Below, one piece after another: positions 54,102 to 56,980 of a stretch of DNA of 56,980 nt. The notes under the pieces were generated by a model. It worked only from the letters and a program-made list of their open reading frames with translations. It was not told the DNA's origin and made no database searches. The number at the start of each line of letters is the position of its first letter. Position 1 is the first letter of the stretch. The translations under genes were made by a program, and so were the position numbers. The DNA comes from a virus (Duplodnaviria > Caudoviricetes): the IMG/VR virus record IMGVR_UViG_3300030372_000635, positions 1 to 56,980 of that record, one strand, 5' to 3'.

Positions 54102-54392
54102 ATGATGGAGAGTTATATGAATGAATATGAAAAGATGTACAACTGTATTTATATAGGTATGACTGAAGTGTTAGTAGTGGATAGAGAAACAAATGATACA
54201 GGTAATACTTATATTATTTGTAAGGTTCTTGATCCTACGTTTAAAGATCGACCTTTTATGACCATTGCTGAAGATGTAATGGAAAATGGTACAGTTACTC
54301 ATTATAGTGGTCACTATGATATGAACTTGATGGACGCATGTAAAGATTTTCATAGACGTTTAGGTTCTAATGGGTGGAGGATTATTAAATGA
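54102..54392 (+). CDS. hypothetical early protein (start possibly 54117)
   Basis: YSGHYDM...A..DF..R motif; GGAG before the third ATG. Confidence 0.7.
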   Translation: MMESYMNEYEKMYNCIYIGMTEVLVVDRETNDTGNTYIICKVLDPTFKDRPFMTIAEDVMENGTVTHYSGHYDMNLMDACKDFHRRLGSNGWRIIK

Positions 54393-54493
54393 AAAAGCCT
54401 TGCACTCATTGGGAATATGTGTTAATACTATGGAATGGAGGTAAATGGGAATGAAAAATGATTTACGTAAACAGCTGAGAGAGGAGAAAAACT

Positions 54494-56080
54494 ATGAGCT
54501 TTTACATAAAACCAGAACGTAATGGTGATATTGATTCCACATCTATAACTTATAGGGCAGGTAAAGCATATCCTATATTGAGAGGGGATCGGTTCACTAA
54601 AACAAGTGATGATATATTACAAGATGGTGTGGTGCTTATTGATAATGTTTGCTATCATATCACGAATGGTAATCAGGGTTTCAAGGTCTATCAAGGTAAA
54701 AAGATTGCTGATCCCGTACTTAAAGATTGGGGTGCAGTAGTTACTAAAAGTAATAATTCACTGTTCAGATTAAATCACTCAAGACTTGATGGTGAACTAT
54801 GTGATTGGTTTCATAATAATGTAGCAGGTGTTTTTATTAGTATGTCAGATAATAAACTACGTGATCGTCTGGATTGTCTTAACCCCTTTCGTTCACAAAA
54901 GTTTGTAGGTAAGATATCTATTACTAAATCTCATGAGGATCGTATACGTGAGAGAGAAACTGCTATGAAAGTAGGTAAAGCTATTCGTATGATATTTCCA
55001 GAACTTAGTGATGCAGCCCTAGGTCAAGTGGTGGACAAGTACAATCTTCAGTTTGGTAGTAAAGACTTTACGTTACACAAGAGCAGTGATCCAAAAGTGT
55101 TTGCCAGTGTATACAAAGAGGAGAACCATGCACCTATGGGCAATCCTAAGACTACTTCTTTGCGTAAGTCTATTGCTTGTTCTTGCATGAGATATTCTTT
55201 TGAGAAACAATCACATCACCCAGCCTATGTGTATGGGTCAGGTGACTTTACTCTCTACTACACCAAAGATGGTCAAGGAAGGACAGGTTCTAGATGTGTG
55301 GTGTATGATACAGATAAGACAGATAGACCACAGGCAGGTCCTATTTATGGTGTGTGTGAGCATTCTATGAACAAGATACGAGATGCGTTAGATAAGATTG
55401 GTGCTGAGTGTGTAAATTCAGATTGGAGAGGTGCACAGTTATTACATATAAAACATGGTGATGGTGTGATAGGACCTTATTTAGATTTAGAACCTAGATC
55501 ATTAGCAGTAGTAAATGATAAGTATTTATATGTAACTGATCATGGTGACTATGATGCTAGTTGTTACAGTGGTGTACTAGGTGACTCTGAGCATTGTTGT
55601 GACTGTGGTGATCCTACTCATGAAGATAATGCAAGATGGTATGGTGATGATGTCTTTTGTGAAGATTGTTTTTATGAGAGATATGATTACTGCCCTTGGA
55701 CAGATGATTACTATTCACATGATGAGCTTGTAATGGTATATCCATCTGAAGAGTATGTGTGGAGAGACCATGATAATGTAATTTATATCGAGGACTTAGA
55801 TGAGTTCTGGGATAGTGATGAGTGTAGATATTCTGATAACTTAGATAAGTGGATACCTTCTGATCAGATACTTGAGTTAGGTTACTTTGAGTGTGAGTGG
55901 ACTAATGATATATACAAAGACGATGAATGGGCTGAGACAACAGACGGTGAGATTGTGTGTATCTCTGAGTTAAAGAGCAGGGGTTGGGCTAAAAATGATG
56001 ATGGATTGTGGTATGATTTAGAAAGTGAATTAAGTGAACAAGATGGTTTAGAAGAAGATAGTACAGAAGGAGATAAATAA
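54494..56080 (+). CDS. large early protein with SCM motif and Cys/acidic C-terminal repeats
   Basis: MKVGKAIR..FP, ACSCMRY, RCVV, PIYG, PYLD; CCDC...FCEDC; GAGGAG RBS. Confidence 0.85.
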   Translation: MSFYIKPERNGDIDSTSITYRAGKAYPILRGDRFTKTSDDILQDGVVLIDNVCYHITNGNQGFKVYQGKKIADPVLKDWGAVVTKSNNSLFRLNHSRLDGELCDWFHNNVAGVFISMSDNKLRDRLDCLNPFRSQKFVGKISITKSHEDRIRERETAMKVGKAIRMIFPELSDAALGQVVDKYNLQFGSKDFTLHKSSDPKVFASVYKEENHAPMGNPKTTSLRKSIACSCMRYSFEKQSHHPAYVYGSGDFTLYYTKDGQGRTGSRCVVYDTDKTDRPQAGPIYGVCEHSMNKIRDALDKIGAECVNSDWRGAQLLHIKHGDGVIGPYLDLEPRSLAVVNDKYLYVTDHGDYDASCYSGVLGDSEHCCDCGDPTHEDNARWYGDDVFCEDCFYERYDYCPWTDDYYSHDELVMVYPSEEYVWRDHDNVIYIEDLDEFWDSDECRYSDNLDKWIPSDQILELGYFECEWTNDIYKDDEWAETTDGEIVCISELKSRGWAKNDDGLWYDLESELSEQDGLEEDSTEGDK

Positions 56081-56980
56081 TGTACGATTTAGTAGAAATG
56101 ATGACGTACAAAAGACCTCAAGGTAGTGATACCCAAAAGGAATTTTGTAATAAATACTTAGAACCTATCATGGGTTTACCTGATAAGTATGGTAATTATG
56201 TACTGACAGTGGGTAATAAGCCACAGGTTTGCTTTACTGCTCACCATGATACAGTACACAAAACGTCAGGTAGACAGAAACTAGCAGTAACAAAAGATGG
56301 TATCGTATCACTCAAGAGAAAGAGTAAGGGTGAGTGTCTAGGTGCTGATTGTACCACTGGCATATGGCTTATATGTAATATGATTAATGCTAAGATTCCG
56401 GGTGTGTATGTAGTTCATGCAGAAGAAGAAGGTGGTTGTGTTGGTAGTAAAGCTCTTGTCAAGTCTGATCCACAGTGGTTAGATGATGTCAACTATGTTA
56501 TATCTTTTGATAGGTATGGCAAGAAGTCTATTATTACACATCAGATGGGTAGACGTACTGCCTCTGACAAGTTTGCAAAGTTACTTGCAAAGACACTAGA
56601 GTTACCACTCAAGCCTGATCCTAATGGTTCTTATACAGATAGTAATGTGTACAGATCAAAAGTATCTGAGTGTACTAATGTTAGTGTGGGTTACTATTCT
56701 CAACACAGCACAGAAGAGAAACAAGATGTTGTGTATGCATACAAGCTGCTTGAGTGTTTGATATCTGCTGATTGGGATCAGTTACAATACTACAGAGATA
56801 ATACTGTAGTAGAGATGGGTAGTATGTATGGTGATTGGTATGATGATGATGATTACTTTTTTGGTTATCCACCTAGAGGTTATAGATATGACACTAATCA
56901 AACAGGTGATAATAGAATTTATGATATGATTGTTGACTATCCAGAAGAGGTAGCACTTTTATTAGAAGATCTTGGATACA
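56080..56980 (+). CDS. M28/M20-family zinc peptidase (about 325 aa after circularisation; not in ORF track)
   Basis: TAATG-coupled start; FTAHHDTVH, LGADCTTG, HAEEEGG, ISFDR, YTDS, GYYSQHS; open to window end, continues to 215. Confidence 0.88.
   Translation, partial: MYDLVEMMTYKRPQGSDTQKEFCNKYLEPIMGLPDKYGNYVLTVGNKPQVCFTAHHDTVHKTSGRQKLAVTKDGIVSLKRKSKGECLGADCTTGIWLICNMINAKIPGVYVVHAEEEGGCVGSKALVKSDPQWLDDVNYVISFDRYGKKSIITHQMGRRTASDKFAKLLAKTLELPLKPDPNGSYTDSNVYRSKVSECTNVSVGYYSQHSTEEKQDVVYAYKLLECLISADWDQLQYYRDNTVVEMGSMYGDWYDDDDYFFGYPPRGYRYDTNQTGDNRIYDMIVDYPEEVALLLEDLGY
56904..56980. repeat. 77-nt terminal copy of 62-138
   Basis: Exact identity by inspection. Confidence 0.95.

Noticed and set aside
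1293-56872. Numerous antisense or alternate-frame ORFs in the track (e.g. 4225-4590, 5471-5794, 19361-19681, 20303-20689, 23639-24025, 32574-32891, 56681-56872)
   Set aside because: They lie within well-supported genes, lack RBS and have shadow-frame composition
56904-56980. Biological direct terminal repeat
   Set aside because: It lies inside a coding sequence and matches a typical k-mer length; real termini more plausibly lie at about 52.1-52.8 kb
1-56980. Alternative genetic code or stop-codon reassignment
   Set aside because: The standard code gives intact, densely packed genes using TAA, TAG and TGA as stops

Overview
The window reads as an essentially complete, AT-rich dsDNA tailed-phage genome with podovirus-like architecture. 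The last 77 nt (56904-56980) are identical to 62-138, which closes a circle of about 56.8 kb, and nt 1-61 are a diverged allele of the sequence just before 56904. There are two arms. The + arm (53250 to the end, then 1-11843) carries early genes, an SCM-motif protein plus an M28/M20-type peptidase, a DoxX membrane protein, a tyrosine integrase, a T7-gp4-like primase-helicase, a family A DNA polymerase, an SSB-like protein, nucleases, a metallophosphoesterase, a MazG-like protein and a class II (B12) ribonucleotide reductase. The - arm (51947 down to 11840) carries a cluster of small basic proteins, lysis genes, TerS/TerL, portal, large internal proteins, scaffold, major capsid, tail adaptor/nozzle, a modular fibre/receptor-binding cassette and ejection proteins. 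A ~1.2 kb motif-dense non-coding region separates the divergent arms and probably holds the physical termini. I saw no RNA polymerase, tRNA, CRISPR array or reverse transcriptase. From memory the gene set resembles marine alphaproteobacterial podophages (HMO-2011-like morphogenesis with Cobavirus-like replication); this is recall, not a search result. The most unusual signals are: (1) a recurring [FYM]-x-x-G-G motif shared by a repetitive basic protein and the large internal proteins, a candidate virion targeting/processing code; (2) a cluster of tiny basic proteins including a two-gene split of a DUF5872-like protein; (3) the coupled SCM-protein/peptidase pair; (4) strong codon-level avoidance of CCWGG and GCTGG; (5) an ArfA-like mini-ORF; (6) arrays of palindromic and IHF-like sites and GU-rich RNA hairpins around the putative termini. 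All calls are by eye from motifs and synteny.
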